Shown piece by piece: positions 61,121 to 64,000 of a stretch of DNA of 64,000 bases. How positions within the stretch are numbered: the stretch's first letter is position 1; each line of letters begins with the position of its first letter. The notes below the pieces were generated by a model. It was not told the DNA's origin. It saw nothing but the letters and a program-made list of their open reading frames with translations, and made no database searches. Source of the stretch: Octopus sinensis (Eukaryota); assembly GCF_006345805.1 (NCBI RefSeq), contig NC_043007.1, positions 14,198,001-14,262,000 on the forward strand, given 5' to 3'. A program made the position numbers and the translations under genes.

Positions 61121-64000
61121 CGATTCGGCAAAAAAGACCGATAGAATAAGTACTAGGCTTACAAAGAATAAGTCTTGGAGTCGATTTGGTTCGGCTAAAG
61201 GTGATGCTCCAGCATGGCCGCAGTCAAATGACTGAAACAAGTAAAAGAGTAAAGAGTATATAATACATAAAGGAATAGGGACTTGGAATCCAGGCAGGTA
61301 CCTTATTAGTATCCTAGTATAATCCAGGTCCTGGCTAATGATACAATATCCAGGAGTTTACCAAACTGGGAGAGAGTGAATTTGAATGATTTTTAGAGAC
61401 CACTGTCTATAATTACAATGAAAGAATACTGAAAATAATTTTTTTTTAAATAGTACAAAATTGCTTTCTGTGGTTAAAGATGTTCTCTATACCAGGCCCC
61501 AGACTGATCCGGCAGTGTTTCTACAGCTGGATGCCCTTCCTAACGCCAACCACTCCATGAGTGTAGTGGGTGCTTTTTACGTGCCAGGCGATGCTGGCAG
61601 CGGCCACGATCGGATTGGTGCTAGCATGGGTTGGACGGTTCGACTGGGGTCTGGGGAGCCAGGAGGCTGCACCAGGCTCCAGTCTGATCTGGCAGTTTCT
61701 ACAGCTGGATGCCCTTCCTAACGCCAACCACTCCATGAGTGTAGTGGGTGCTTTTTACGTGCCAGGCGAGGGTGGCAGTGGCCACGATCGGATTGGTGCT
61801 TTTTACGTTCCACTGGCACAGAAGCCAGTCAAGGCGGCACTGGCATTGGCAACAGCCATGATCGGTTGGTGCTTTTTATGTGCCACTGGCATGGAAGCCA
61901 GTCGAGGCGGTGCTAGGACTACATTATCCAATATGTTCTTTTTTAGAACTGGCAAGCATGATTTGAGGGAAACTTTGGCCTTTTTTTTTCTTAGCAGTTG
62001 AGTAAATCACCTAGAAGCCTTCCTGTTTGTGGATAACGGGAATTGTGAAGGTGGAATAACATTGTATTGTCCAAGAAATCCCTAAAAAAGGAGAGATATC
62101 AACTGATGATAGAGTATATTCATTTTGTCATCATGTGGTTTCAGGTTTAGTCCCAACTTGGGCAAGTACTTTCAACAATTCTAGGCCAACCAAAACTTTG
62201 TGAGTAGATTTGGTAGGTGGAGACTGAAAGAAGCCAAGTGTGTGCATGTATATATACACACACACATACGTGTATATATATGTGTGTGTGTGTGTGGGCG
62301 ACCTGCTGTGCTTGAGGAGACCTATTGAGTCAAGTACATCAACATCAGAAAATCAAATGGAAATTGTAGTTGTGATACCTGTGCCGGTGGCACGTAAAAA
62401 GCACCAACCAATTGTGGATGCTGCCAGCCTCGCCTGGCACCTGTGCCAGTGGCACGTAAAAAGCACCCACTACACTCACATAGTGGTTGGCATTAGGAAG
62501 GGCATCCAGCTGTAGAAACACTGCCAGATCAGACTGGAGCCTGGTACAGCCACCTGGCTTCCCAGACCCCGGTCAAACCGTCCAACCCATGCTAGCATGG
62601 AAAACGGACGTTAAACGATGATGATGATGATACACAGTAGTATCAATGCTAAGAAGTGATAAACAAACTTTAGGTCAGTGAAAATATCAGTGACTGAATT
62701 GCGCTCATGGATTACCTGGAGTTAAAATGATGATGAGTAATGCCACATGGAAAACAGCAGGAATTGTTTGTAATGGTCTTAGTTGGATAGTGAGGATGTT
62801 GTAGTGAAGGTCTGGTCAAGTATGTTTACACATGTAGGTAATCTGATCTGGACATACCCATACATCTACAAGACTGAAGAGTACACTCCACATTCTGACA
62901 TGTAGGAGTTTATTATGAAGTGCCATGTGACTGCCTGAACATGTTGCATTTTATCCACTGTCCAGTTTGTATTCATCTATTCTAGCGCTGATGGCTTAGA
63001 TCTTAACCTTGGCAGTAGTACTCTCTTGTAAGCTAACAAAGGGACCTTAAGTGCCAAGTATAATGCTATGGTTGTACAGGTGTTTTGAGGTGCCATAACT
63101 TTTCTTAAAAATGAAATATTTAAACCTAATAAAATACTTATATTTTAAAGACATTTTCAAAAGTACCTTTGTTGGGATTAAGATAGGAATTGGACAAATC
63201 AGTGAACAGAAAAACAACAGATTACGAGATAATGTGCCAAGGTCCAAGATAATTTCATTACATAAATACACAATTTCTTCAGTAATTTCCATAAAAAAAA
63301 TTAACAAGAGTGGCTGTGTGGTAAGTAGCTTGCTTACCAACCACATGGTTCTGGGTTCAGTCCCACTGTGTGGCACCTTGGGCAAGTGTCTTCTACTATA
63401 GCCTCGGGCCAACCAAACCCTTGTGAGTGGATTTGGTAGATGGAAACTGAAAGAAGCCTGTTGTATATATGTATATGTATATATGTGTGTGTGTGTGTGT
63501 CTGTGTTTGCCCCCCAACATCGCTTGAGAACAGATGCTGGTGTGTTTACATCCCCGTAACTTAGTAGTTCGCCAAAAGAGACTGATAGAATAAGTACTAG
63601 GTTTACAAAGAATAAATCCTGGGGTCCATTTGCTCGACTAAAGGCAGTGCTCCAGCATGGCGTCAGTCATAGGACTGAAACAAGTAAAAGAATATGGAGT
63701 ACTAGTCCATGTCAATATTTTAAAAAGAGGCATGAGCTGGATGAGGAAGTGTGGGAACAGATGGATAATAAATGAGTGCAGAATTAACTTTAAAATAATC
63801 TCCTGTTTTGGTAGTGAGGAACTATGCTATACATAGAGAGTACATGTTTGTAAAATACCATTCCATGAAAAGGGGGCACTAAGCTGAAAAAGATTGGAAA
63901 CCACTGGCCTTGATGGGTGAGCACTACACTTACACCTGGTGGTCTACATCCAATCAGTGCTTAGAGTTAACCCTTTTGTTACCAACCCAGCTGAAACCGG

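Overview
AT-rich, repeat-dense animal DNA; the SINE/LINE families and microsatellite load suggest an octopus (inference). One host gene is supported: a complete WDR43/UTP5 ortholog (+ strand, 17 coding exons, 20005-57101, about 630 aa), reconstructed exon by exon with consistent splice phases. Upstream lies a structurally intact Ty3/Gypsy LTR retrotransposon (9700-14239, minus strand) with identical 238-bp LTRs, a 5-bp TSD, a tRNA-Leu PBS, a PPT and an open 1322-aa gag-pol ORF. The rest is tRNA-derived SINEs, RTE/R4/CR1/Penelope fragments, mariner and Merlin remnants, piggyBac-type and hAT MITEs, Helitron-like elements and microsatellites. The most unusual observations are two hammerhead-ribozyme motifs. 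One sits in the tail of a tRNA-headed SINE that forms a head-to-head fold-back in WDR43 intron 7; the other is a Penelope-type motif whose helix II loop holds a MITE. Also notable: a probable GC-AG intron, a 47-bp intronic hairpin, an H/ACA-like candidate and a triple-nested transposon insertion. All alignments and folds were done by eye; repeat boundaries are approximate unless a TSD or TIR is quoted.
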